DNA of 64,000 nucleotides from an uncultured bacterium (GTDB lineage Bacteria; Cyanobacteriota; Vampirovibrionia; Gastranaerophilales; Gastranaerophilaceae): NCBI GenBank assembly GCA_902801985.1, contig CADCKD010000017.1, positions 10,162 to 74,161 of the forward strand, read 5' to 3'. Shown piece by piece: positions 28,203 to 35,981 of this stretch (position 1 is its first letter; each line of letters starts with the position of its first letter). The notes under the pieces were generated by a model. It saw only the letters and a program-made list of their open reading frames with translations, ran no database searches and was not told where the DNA came from. The position numbers and the translations under genes were made by a program.

Positions 28203-31034
28203 TTAACTTTTATTCAAATATTTAGCAAGGTATTTGCCTGTATAAGAATCTTTACAATTCATAACTTCTTGAGGGGTTCCTTGAACAACAACCCGACCGC
28301 CCTCATTTCCGCCTTCCGGGCCAAGGTCTATAATATGATCTGCAATCTTAATCAAATCGAGATTATGCTCAATCATAAGTATCGTATTACCTTGGTCAGC
28401 AAGAGCTTGAAGAATTTTTGCAAGTTTATCCAAATCAGCCCAATGAAGTCCGACTGAAGGTTCATCAAGAAGATACAACGTCTTTCCTGTTGAGCGTTTA
28501 TTAAGCTCAGATGCAAGTTTTATACGTTGAGCTTCACCACCGGATAAAGTCGTAGCACTTTGCCCGAGTTTCATATAATCAAGTCCCACATCATTCAATG
28601 TTTGAAGTTTTCTTTTAATCGCAGGAATATTTTCGAAAAATTCCAATGCTTCTTTTACACTCATATCAAGTACATCAGATATCGTCTTACCCTTATATTT
28701 AACTTCAAGAGTTTCTCTATTATAACGTTTTCCGCCGCAAACATCACATTTTACGTAAACATCTGACAAGAAATTCATTTCAATTTTTAATAAACCGTCA
28801 CCTTTGCATGCTTCGCATCTTCCGCCTTTAACATTGAAGCTAAAACGCCCCGGTTTGTAGCCTCGAATTTTAGCTTCAGTCGTTTTAGCATACAAATCAC
28901 GAATATGAGAGAATACATCCGTATATGTCGCCGGATTTGAACGAGGTGTACGTCCTATCGGAGATTGGTTAATATCAATAACCTTATCAATATGCTCAAA
29001 ACCTAAAATATCATCAATTCCTTGAGGTTTCGGCTTATTTCGGCGAAGTTTATGAATTGCAAACTCATACAACAAATCTTGCATCAAACTTGATTTACCA
29101 CTGCCGGAAACTCCGGTAAGTACAACAATTTTGCCTAATGGAATGTCTACATCAATATTTTTCAAGTTATTTAGATGTGCATTTTTTATTTGCAAATAAT
29201 GCCCATTTCCACCACGAATTCGTTTTGGAACAGGAATAAATTTTTCTCCTGACAAGTATTTACCTGTAATAGAATTTTTAGCCGCAATTATATCCGATAC
29301 AGAACCCTGGGCAATAATTTTACCGCCTGCTGCACCTGCTTTTGGTCCTATATCGACTATATAATCCGCACTTCTTATTGTATCTTCATCATGTTCAACT
29401 ACAATAAGCGTATTTCCGAGATTTCTCAGCTTAAATAGAGTTTTAATCAACATATCATTATCGCGTTGATGCAAACCTATTGACGGCTCATCAAGGACGT
29501 ACAATACCCCGCTCAAACCGCTTCCTATCTGTGAAGCTAAACGAATTCTTTGGGCTTCGCCACCAGATAGTGTTCCTGCCATACGAGCCAGATTTAAATA
29601 ATGCAAACCAACATCTATTAAGAACTTTAATCTTGCACGAATTTCATCCAAAATTTGTTTTGCAATTTTTAACTGAAATTCATCTAATTCTAAATACAAA
29701 TCAGTTATAAATTGGAATTCATCATCAATTGACATTAAAGTAAATTCATAAATATTCTTATCCCGTATTTTTACAGCTAAAGGAAACTCCTTTAATCTTG
29801 CACCATGGCAAACTGGGCAAGGTTTTGTAATCATGAACGGTTCAATTTCTTCACGCCAATAATCCCCATTTGTATCGTTATATCGTTTTTCCAAGAACGG
29901 GATTACGCCCACAAATGGCATTACTCTTGTCTGATAACGACTTGTGCCAAAATCTTTAATTCTCATTTTGATAGATTCTTTCGAACCGTAAAGAATAATA
30001 TCCTGATGTTCTTTTGAAAGCTTTTCAAACGGTTTATCCATATCAATATCAAAAGCGGAACATACTGAGCTTAGCATATCTTTATAATATGTAGTCGCAG
30101 GTCTATCCCAAGCATATATAGCGTTATCATTTATAGATTTTGTTCTGTCTGGAACTACAAGATCCGGATCAATAACAAAATCTGCTCCAAGCCCTCCACA
30201 ACGTTCACACGCACCATAAGGAGCGTTGAAAGAGAATATTCTCGGGGTCAATTCTTCAAAACTTATATGACAATCAGGGCATGCAAGTTTTTCACTGAAT
30301 ACCAACTCTTTATCAGAAGGAATATCAACGACAACAACACCATCGGCACGCTGCAGAGCTGTTTGAACGCTGTCGGCAATTCTTGATTGGGCAGATTCTT
30401 TTACTACAATTCTATCAACTACAACACTAATATCATGACGTTTTGTTTTCTCGAGTTCAATCTCGTCTTCATCAAGGTTATATATTTCCCCATCGACCTT
30501 TACTCTGACAAAGCCTTCTTGCATTAGTTCTCTGAATGTAGAAGAATACTCACCCTTCTTACCTCGAACAATCGGAGCTAAAATCTGAATCTTTGTACCC
30601 TCGCCCAAATTCATAATTTTAGATACAATTTCATCTAAAGATTGTGGTTTAATCTTTTTTCCGCATTTTGGACAATATGGGGTACCTATTCTTGCATATA
30701 AAAGTCGCAAATAGTCATAAATTTCAGTAATAGTTCCCACAGTAGAACGAGGGTTATTACTTGTCGATTTTTGGTCAATCGAGATTGCAGGAGAAAGCCC
30801 GTCAATATATTCGACATCAGGCTTGTCCAATTGTCCTAAAAATTGTCTTGCATATGTTGATAAACTTTCAACATAACGTCTTTGGCCTTCTGCAAAAATT
30901 GTATCAAATGCCAAAGAACTTTTACCGGAGCCAGATACACCGGTAAATACAACCATCTCATTTTTAGGAATTTCTAAAGAAACATTTTTTAAATTATGTT
31001 CTTTTGCTCCCACAATTTTAATTTTATCTGCCAT
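28203..31034 (-). CDS. uvrA: excinuclease ABC subunit A
   Basis: MADKIKIVGAKEHNLKNV start, two ABC modules (GVSGSGKSSL twice, LSGGEAQR twice) and zinc-finger Cys pairs. The track ORF extends 51 codons upstream of the conserved start. Confidence 0.95.
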   Translation of the reverse strand: MADKIKIVGAKEHNLKNVSLEIPKNEMVVFTGVSGSGKSSLAFDTIFAEGQRRYVESLSTYARQFLGQLDKPDVEYIDGLSPAISIDQKSTSNNPRSTVGTITEIYDYLRLLYARIGTPYCPKCGKKIKPQSLDEIVSKIMNLGEGTKIQILAPIVRGKKGEYSSTFRELMQEGFVRVKVDGEIYNLDEDEIELEKTKRHDISVVVDRIVVKESAQSRIADSVQTALQRADGVVVVDIPSDKELVFSEKLACPDCHISFEELTPRIFSFNAPYGACERCGGLGADFVIDPDLVVPDRTKSINDNAIYAWDRPATTYYKDMLSSVCSAFDIDMDKPFEKLSKEHQDIILYGSKESIKMRIKDFGTSRYQTRVMPFVGVIPFLEKRYNDTNGDYWREEIEPFMITKPCPVCHGARLKEFPLAVKIRDKNIYEFTLMSIDDEFQFITDLYLELDEFQLKIAKQILDEIRARLKFLIDVGLHYLNLARMAGTLSGGEAQRIRLASQIGSGLSGVLYVLDEPSIGLHQRDNDMLIKTLFKLRNLGNTLIVVEHDEDTIRSADYIVDIGPKAGAAGGKIIAQGSVSDIIAAKNSITGKYLSGEKFIPVPKRIRGGNGHYLQIKNAHLNNLKNIDVDIPLGKIVVLTGVSGSGKSSLMQDLLYEFAIHKLRRNKPKPQGIDDILGFEHIDKVIDINQSPIGRTPRSNPATYTDVFSHIRDLYAKTTEAKIRGYKPGRFSFNVKGGRCEACKGDGLLKIEMNFLSDVYVKCDVCGGKRYNRETLEVKYKGKTISDVLDMSVKEALEFFENIPAIKRKLQTLNDVGLDYMKLGQSATTLSGGEAQRIKLASELNKRSTGKTLYLLDEPSVGLHWADLDKLAKILQALADQGNTILMIEHNLDLIKIADHIIDLGPEGGNEGGRVVVQGTPQEVMNCKDSYTGKYLAKYLNKS

Positions 31035-31086
31035 AAAAATATTATTATACGCATATAAAAATTTTTCAAATATAACCCCCTCAAAC

Positions 31087-31115
31087 TTTACAATATCTTT
31101 AAAAAATGGTATAAT
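31087..31115 (+). promoter_or_regulatory. sigma70 promoter with extended -10 (TTTACA-17 nt-TGgTATAAT) for 31180-31830
   Basis: TTTACA at 31087-31092 and TATAAT at 31110-31115, preceded by TGG. Confidence 0.6.
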
Positions 31116-31130
31116 AACAATGTTGTTATT
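31113..31130. promoter_or_regulatory. operator-like perfect palindrome AATAACAA-TG-TTGTTATT
   Basis: 8-bp arms that overlap the -10 and the expected start site, in the uvrA-divergent intergenic region. Confidence 0.5.
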
Positions 31131-31179
31131 TACTATATGCATTCTAACGGTTTGTCCTTGAAGAAAGGATAGATTTTTT

Positions 31180-31830
31180 ATGGGCAAAAAGTCAAAAGCT
31201 CCGTCATATTCATCCGGGAGCGTAGTTGTAAACGGAAGAACAGTTGCAACTTCTAATAAAAGCGGGAATAATATCTCTACCCATTATAATATGTCAGATG
31301 CCGAAAAAAATATTTTTAACTCTATACAACAAGGAATGAACAGCGGACTGACAAACCTTTTCAATATATCTGACACAGAACGCAAACAATGGGATAATCA
31401 ATTAAATGCACTAAAAGAACAGGGAATAGAAAACATTAATAGTATATACTCACCTATGGAAAATTCCTTGAAAAACGATATAGCATCAAGATTTGGGAAT
31501 TTGGATAATTCTGTATTCTTGGACAAATTAAACGCAATTACAAACAATAAAGCAAAAGCAGTTGCTTCGCTAAGTAATAATCTTGCTGCAACTCAAAATG
31601 ATTTATACACCGAAGAATTGAATAACAGAATGAACACACTCACATTCCTGAACAATATTAATACGGCGTTAAACAACAACATACTGAACTACACAAATGC
31701 TGCAGCTGCAAACTCCGCTGCGGGGAATTCATATAACCAAGCAATGATGCAACAAAACAGCAGCAATTGGTTCAATGATTATGTTAAACCAATCGCTTCA
31801 ACAGCCAGTACAATTGCATCATTTATATAA
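31180..31830 (+). CDS. hypothetical Asn/Ser-rich 216-aa protein
   Basis: ORF track. AAAGGA RBS. Low-complexity, helical-looking sequence. No family recognised. Confidence 0.55.
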   Translation: MGKKSKAPSYSSGSVVVNGRTVATSNKSGNNISTHYNMSDAEKNIFNSIQQGMNSGLTNLFNISDTERKQWDNQLNALKEQGIENINSIYSPMENSLKNDIASRFGNLDNSVFLDKLNAITNNKAKAVASLSNNLAATQNDLYTEELNNRMNTLTFLNNINTALNNNILNYTNAAAANSAAGNSYNQAMMQQNSSNWFNDYVKPIASTASTIASFI

Positions 31831-31854
31831 CCTACAACTTAATACTGACACGAC

Positions 31855-31886
31855 AAAAGCTCCTTTTAAAACAGGGAGCTTTTGTT
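31855..31886 (+). terminator. terminator after 31180-31830
   Basis: aaagctcc-11nt-ggagcttt followed by a short T-run. Confidence 0.6.
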
Positions 31887-31910
31887 AACTTTTGTAACAA
31901 AAAATGTCAT
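31883..31910 (+). promoter_or_regulatory. upstream TAACA/TGTAACA element, copy A
   Basis: tgttaacttttgtaacaaaaaatgtca. TGTAACAA ends 47 nt before the TATAAG -10-like box at 31947-31952. Confidence 0.45.
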
Positions 31911-31976
31911 TCCTAGCATTTATGCAAATAGTATATACTTTATATATATAAGTTACTATAAGAAGAGGACAAAAAT

Positions 31977-32933
31977 ATGGGCATGTTTGGAGCCGGAAGA
32001 GCATTTAATCTAAGTTTTAGACCTCAACCATTCGGGAATCCCGGATCGATGAGAAGAATACCGATGCCGATGATGGGTAATTATAGTCAAACAACAAATG
32101 TGACTATAAAAAATGGCCCTAGTGGTTTTTGGGGCTTTATGGGCGGCTTATTTGGCGGTCTAACCGGAAACGTCGGTATGGGAGGACTATTCGGTGGGTT
32201 TGGTATGCCAGGAATGATGGGCGGTGCCCCTTGCTTTATGGGCATGAACACCGGCATAGGCAGCGGCGTATACGGAATGCTAAACGGATCACAGCAAAAT
32301 GGTCCTTTAAGCGAAAGTCAACAAATTGGTAACCTTAAAGAACTTTTTAAAGGCTTTGGGTACACCGGTGTAATTGGCAATGGAGACGGAACCTTTACAA
32401 TCTTTGGAGGAGATAAAGGCCCCAAAACAATGACATATAAAGAAGCAGTGAAATTTGCAGAAACATTGGGACCAAAAGCACAAGGAACAGATCCAACTGG
32501 CAAAAAAGATAACCCTAATACGAAAAAAGATGATCCTGAATTAAAATCGAAACAAGATGAATGGATTAAAAAGAATCCGAACCTTGAATTAACAAGACTA
32601 GAAAATGGCACTGCACAAGCTAAGAATGGTGATATCTACGAATGGAAAGATAATGCGTATGTTAAAAAACAGACACAAGCCACAAGCACCACTACTACTA
32701 CCAGTGCAGATGAAGCGAAATACGATTATTCAGTACCTAAAGGTAAGTCGATAGAATATATTGCGAGAGAAGTACTTAAAAAACAAGGAAAAACAAATCC
32801 TACTAAACAAGAAATAGCTGATACCCAAAAACAAATTATAGAAGATAATAAGAGTGCAGTCCATGGAAAAGAAGATAATCCATATTTCTATGCAGATGCA
32901 AAAATTAAAGTCAGAGCAGATATAAGCCAATAG
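31977..32933 (+). CDS. Gly/Met-rich family protein, paralog A (318 aa)
   Basis: Shared module MMGNYSQTTNVTIKNGPSGFWGFMGGLFGGLTGNVGMGGLFGGFGMPGMMGG, then GDGTFTIF...MTYKEA, then YEWKDNAYV. Poly-Thr linker. LysM-like tail YSVPKGKSIEYIAREVL...KIKV. Confidence 0.8.
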   Translation: MGMFGAGRAFNLSFRPQPFGNPGSMRRIPMPMMGNYSQTTNVTIKNGPSGFWGFMGGLFGGLTGNVGMGGLFGGFGMPGMMGGAPCFMGMNTGIGSGVYGMLNGSQQNGPLSESQQIGNLKELFKGFGYTGVIGNGDGTFTIFGGDKGPKTMTYKEAVKFAETLGPKAQGTDPTGKKDNPNTKKDDPELKSKQDEWIKKNPNLELTRLENGTAQAKNGDIYEWKDNAYVKKQTQATSTTTTTSADEAKYDYSVPKGKSIEYIAREVLKKQGKTNPTKQEIADTQKQIIEDNKSAVHGKEDNPYFYADAKIKVRADISQ

Positions 32934-33007
32934 ATAAGTTAAATACGGTATTATAAATTAGAAGACGATACTTAAACAAAATTAGTAAAGATTTTAATAA
33001 TCACACT

Positions 33008-33030
33008 AAATATTAACAAATGTAACAAAA
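33008..33030 (+). promoter_or_regulatory. upstream TAACA/TGTAACA element, copy B
   Basis: aaatattaacaaatgtaacaaaa. Its first 16 nt are identical to 34271-34286. TGTAACAA ends 45 nt before TATAAG at 33073-33078. Confidence 0.5.
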
Positions 33031-33067
33031 ATAAGATTATCTGAAATAACGATAATCTTATTTTTTT
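33031..33067 (+). terminator. terminator after paralog A
   Basis: ataagattatc-9nt-gataatcttat followed by T6. Confidence 0.8.
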
Positions 33068-33107
33068 ATATATATAAGAAGAACTAAAAGAGAGCGAGAG
33101 TGAGTAC

Positions 33108-33830
33108 ATGTCAAATTTTAATTTATTTGCAGCACATAACCAATGGCGGCCGCCTTCAAAAACGGTAGTACCGATGCCTGTGGGCGGAAATTATAGCCAA
33201 ACCACGAACATAACTATCAAAAACGGACCGCAAGGCTTTTGGGGCTTTATGGGAGGTTTGTTTAGCGGTCTGACCGGAAATGTCGGAATTGGTATGCCAA
33301 TGGGCGGACTGTTCGGTGGATTTGGTATGCCAATGGGTATGCCAATGATGGGACCTGCAATGAGCATGAACGGAAGTATCTTCGGCATGGGAGCACCTGC
33401 ACTTATGGGAGGCCCAAGATTTATGGGTGTTGGACTGGGTAATGGTGTTACTCCGCAAGGAGCACCTTCAGCTAATTCAGAAGTAAACACTTTGAGACAA
33501 CTTTTCATCAAACATAATGTCATAGATCATGGAGACGGAACATATACACTGGTTCGCAAAGATGGCCCTGGCGGATCAGAAAAAACAGGTACATTTGAAG
33601 AACTTAAGAATTATCACCCTGAAGTCAAGGCAGAAGGCAAAGAAGACCCTGGGAATAAAAAAGCAGCTGAAGAGCAAAAAGCAAAACAAGACAAATGGAT
33701 AAGTGACCATTCAGACCTTGGGCTGGAACGTAAAGGCGATAAAGTTGTTGGCAAAAACGGGAATGAATACGAATGGAAAGATAATCAGTACGTAGACACA
33801 GGCAAGAAAGCAGGTTCTCCCAGGCAATGA
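33108..33830 (+). CDS. Gly/Met-rich family protein, paralog B (N-terminal 240 aa; reading frame broken)
   Basis: PVGGNYSQTTNITIKNGPQGFWGFMGGLFSGLTGNVGIGMPMGGLFGGFGMPMGMPMMG, then GDGTYTLV...GTFEEL, then YEWKDNQYV. Stops at TGA 33828-33830. Confidence 0.8.
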   Translation: MSNFNLFAAHNQWRPPSKTVVPMPVGGNYSQTTNITIKNGPQGFWGFMGGLFSGLTGNVGIGMPMGGLFGGFGMPMGMPMMGPAMSMNGSIFGMGAPALMGGPRFMGVGLGNGVTPQGAPSANSEVNTLRQLFIKHNVIDHGDGTYTLVRKDGPGGSEKTGTFEELKNYHPEVKAEGKEDPGNKKAAEEQKAKQDKWISDHSDLGLERKGDKVVGKNGNEYEWKDNQYVDTGKKAGSPRQ

Positions 33831-34266
33831 CGGTTCTACAACAAATAAGCCAGAGGGCAACGGTTCTGCCGGTAAACCTGAAAGCAACGGCTCACGTGCA
33901 GCAACCCCAGCCGATAATATAGTTTCTAAAGACGAAATTTCAGGATTAAAAGGTAAACGAACTTCTGTTTACGATACAGGAACAGGAAGAGACTTTAGAC
34001 ACTATAATATCTCTACACTTGGAGAAACAAACAGCGAAGGATACCCTCAAACTATTAAATTAAAAGCAGACAGAGGATGGAATAACCAAACAATGACATT
34101 TGTCGGTATAAAAGACGGTGTTGCAGTATATTCAATCGGTACAGGAAAACTAACTGATGGTAAACATCAAGAATATAGACTTGAAAAAGTCGGAGGAGAA
34201 ATAAAATTCACACAACGTGAAGGCGATATAGGTTACAACAAAGCTAACTGGAATACAGACGGCTAA
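33823..34266 (+). pseudogene. start-less +1-frame continuation of paralog B (147 codons)
   Basis: Open frame GNDGSTTNKPEGNGSAGKPESNGS...EGDIGYNKANWNTDG* has no start codon until a late internal ATG. Deleting one C of CCC 33819-33821 fuses it to 33108-33830. Confidence 0.7.
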
Positions 34267-34270
34267 GTTT

Positions 34271-34300
34271 AAATATTAACAAATGTTACATTAACAAAAA
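34271..34300 (+). promoter_or_regulatory. upstream TAACA/TGTTACA element, copy C
   Basis: aaatattaacaaatgttacattaacaaaaa contains the inverted repeat TAACA-AA-TGTTA. It ends 48 nt before TATAAG at 34339-34344. Confidence 0.5.
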
Positions 34301-34372
34301 TTTTTCTAAATATTTTAGCTCTTTGTGCCGATTAGACATATAAGAATTAAAAAAGAAAGTGAGTGTGAACTA

Positions 34373-35668
34373 ATGTTTTTTGGTATTACCCCTATGGGTG
34401 GCTACAACTATACAGCAAACATATCCATCAATAACGGATCATTCGGTATTGGAGCATTTTTTGGAGGTCTGCTAAGAGGACTAGCCACCAGTTTTGGAAT
34501 TGGAAGCGTATTTGGTTACCGGGCGCCTGTTGTATACTCCGGCAACACTATAAACGGAATGGGCGGGAACGTATATGGAGCATTGAATAACACACACTCC
34601 ATTGCAGATGAACGCTTCTCAAATTTGAAACAAATTTTTCCTAAATATAACGTTCTAAAAAATCCAGATGGAACATTTATCCTCGCGAATAAAGATGGCA
34701 GCGGGATTGAGATGACCGGTTCATATAAAGAGCTAATAGAAAAGGCTGAAGAAGACGGCAAAAAAGCAAAAACACAAGGTTCAGAAAAAGAAAAAACAGA
34801 TACATCTACACCATCAAGTGAAGAACCTGCATCAACTCCAACAAGTAATGAGCCTTCATCTACACCAACAAGTAGTGACCCATCATCTACACCAACAAGT
34901 AGTGATCCGTCGTCTACGCCAACAAGTAGTGATCCGTCATCTACGCCAACAAGTAGTGACCCGTCATCTACACCTACAAGTAGTGATCCGTCGTCTACAC
35001 CAACAAGCGAGGAACCATCATCCTCTGAAAAAAGCCAAAAATCAGAATCTAAAAAACAAAAAACACAAGGTGCGAAAGCCTCAAAAAACAGATCCCCAAA
35101 AGGCTGGTATAGAGCAAATAACATAAACGAAGGTAAGATTGCCGGACTTCTGACTCCCGGTTCGACTCCAATGCAAGTTTTAAATAAGATTTTACAAAGT
35201 AAGATGGATTATTTATCAAATGATGATAGAGTACTGCTTGCAAAAGAGTTGGAACGCAAAAATCCTAGTATATTCTCAAAAGGTAAAGTCAAAGCAGGTG
35301 CAGATCTTGGAAAACTTGACATTCCTACAATAAAATACATAAAAGAAAACTACGTAGAAGACGTAAAAATCACTTCTACCGGAAGAAGACAATATAGCAG
35401 GAAAAAAGCAAATAATACAAAATCAAAAGAACATGGTTCGGCGAATTCAAACCCAAGCACAATTAAAGGCAAGAACGGCTATTATGCATCAAAAGGCAAA
35501 GACGGATGGCACTATTATGACCCAAGCGGAACTGCTATATCCGGAGCGGAATTTAAAAAATACTGCCCTACTATTTATAACACAACAATACAAGGACATG
35601 CACAGGTAAAAAGCCCTGGCACAGTAGGACAATCTAACGGTTATATGGGTTCACATTTAAGAAGATAA
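34373..35668 (+). CDS. Gly-rich family protein, paralog C (431 aa), with PSSTPTSSD repeats and a cell-wall-binding-like repeat
   Basis: MGGYNYTANISINNGSFGIGAFFGGLLRGL, then PDGTFILANKDGSGIEMTGSYKEL. Seven 9-aa repeats. C-terminal NGYYASKGKDGWHYYDPSGTAISG resembles a choline/cell-wall-binding repeat. Start set to ATG 34373; the track's GTG at 34325 lies in the promoter region. Confidence 0.8.
   Translation: MFFGITPMGGYNYTANISINNGSFGIGAFFGGLLRGLATSFGIGSVFGYRAPVVYSGNTINGMGGNVYGALNNTHSIADERFSNLKQIFPKYNVLKNPDGTFILANKDGSGIEMTGSYKELIEKAEEDGKKAKTQGSEKEKTDTSTPSSEEPASTPTSNEPSSTPTSSDPSSTPTSSDPSSTPTSSDPSSTPTSSDPSSTPTSSDPSSTPTSEEPSSSEKSQKSESKKQKTQGAKASKNRSPKGWYRANNINEGKIAGLLTPGSTPMQVLNKILQSKMDYLSNDDRVLLAKELERKNPSIFSKGKVKAGADLGKLDIPTIKYIKENYVEDVKITSTGRRQYSRKKANNTKSKEHGSANSNPSTIKGKNGYYASKGKDGWHYYDPSGTAISGAEFKKYCPTIYNTTIQGHAQVKSPGTVGQSNGYMGSHLRR
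34823..35011 (+). repeat. in-frame 27-nt tandem repeat, about 7 units (E/D-P-S/A-S-T-P-T-S-S/N/E)
   Basis: Units such as gacccatcatctacaccaacaagtagt and gatccgtcgtctacgccaacaagtagt. The central units differ only at synonymous third positions. Confidence 0.9.
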
Positions 35669-35771
35669 TGTCGATATAACACATAGAGATAAAACAAGTG
35701 TATCATTATAATACAAATTATAAAAACCATTTCTAAACTATAAACAGTATATTATTTAAGTTGATAAAAAA

Positions 35772-35810
35772 AATACCGACCCATCATTAAAAAGAAAGGT
35801 TGGTATTTTT
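35772..35810 (+). terminator. candidate terminator after paralog C
   Basis: aataccgacc-16nt-ggttggtatt (one G-U pair) followed by a T-run. Confidence 0.5.
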
Positions 35811-35972
35811 ATGGCAAGAATAATTGAAAATGAAAGACGAATCATTCAACTTACAACAGACGATGTTATAAGTATAGTAAGACAATATCAGCAATTAACA
35901 TATAAAAGTTGCTGCTATGAACACACTCGAGAAATTTTAGACAAAAACAAGATATTTATCCCTGAAGGATAA
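35811..35972 (+). CDS. possible 53-aa ORF (MARIIENERRIIQLTTDDV...)
   Basis: Hand-found ORF. Its ATG abuts the terminator T-run, and the RBS-like AAAGG lies inside the hairpin. May be spurious. Confidence 0.2.
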   Translation: MARIIENERRIIQLTTDDVISIVRQYQQLTYKSCCYEHTREILDKNKIFIPEG

Positions 35973-35981
35973 ATTATGAAA

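Noticed and set aside
31035-31187. A 51-codon N-terminal extension of uvrA in the ORF track, which would overlap the 31180 gene.
   Set aside because: The conserved UvrA N-terminus (MADKIKIVGAKEHNLKN) begins at the ATG at 31034. The extension covers promoter-like AT-rich DNA.
34823-35011. Possible CRISPR array, given regularly spaced repeats.
   Set aside because: The units are directly adjacent with no spacers, the length is 27 nt and in frame, and the array lies inside a coding sequence. No cas genes are in the window.
34516-35126. Long ORFs on the antisense strand (34516-35124) and in an alternative sense frame (34818-35126) across the paralog C repeats.
   Set aside because: They are created by the 27-nt periodicity of the PSSTPTSSD repeat, which is open in several frames. 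Their products are monotonous (DDGSLLVGV..., HQQVV...). They fully overlap a gene that has clear family similarity.
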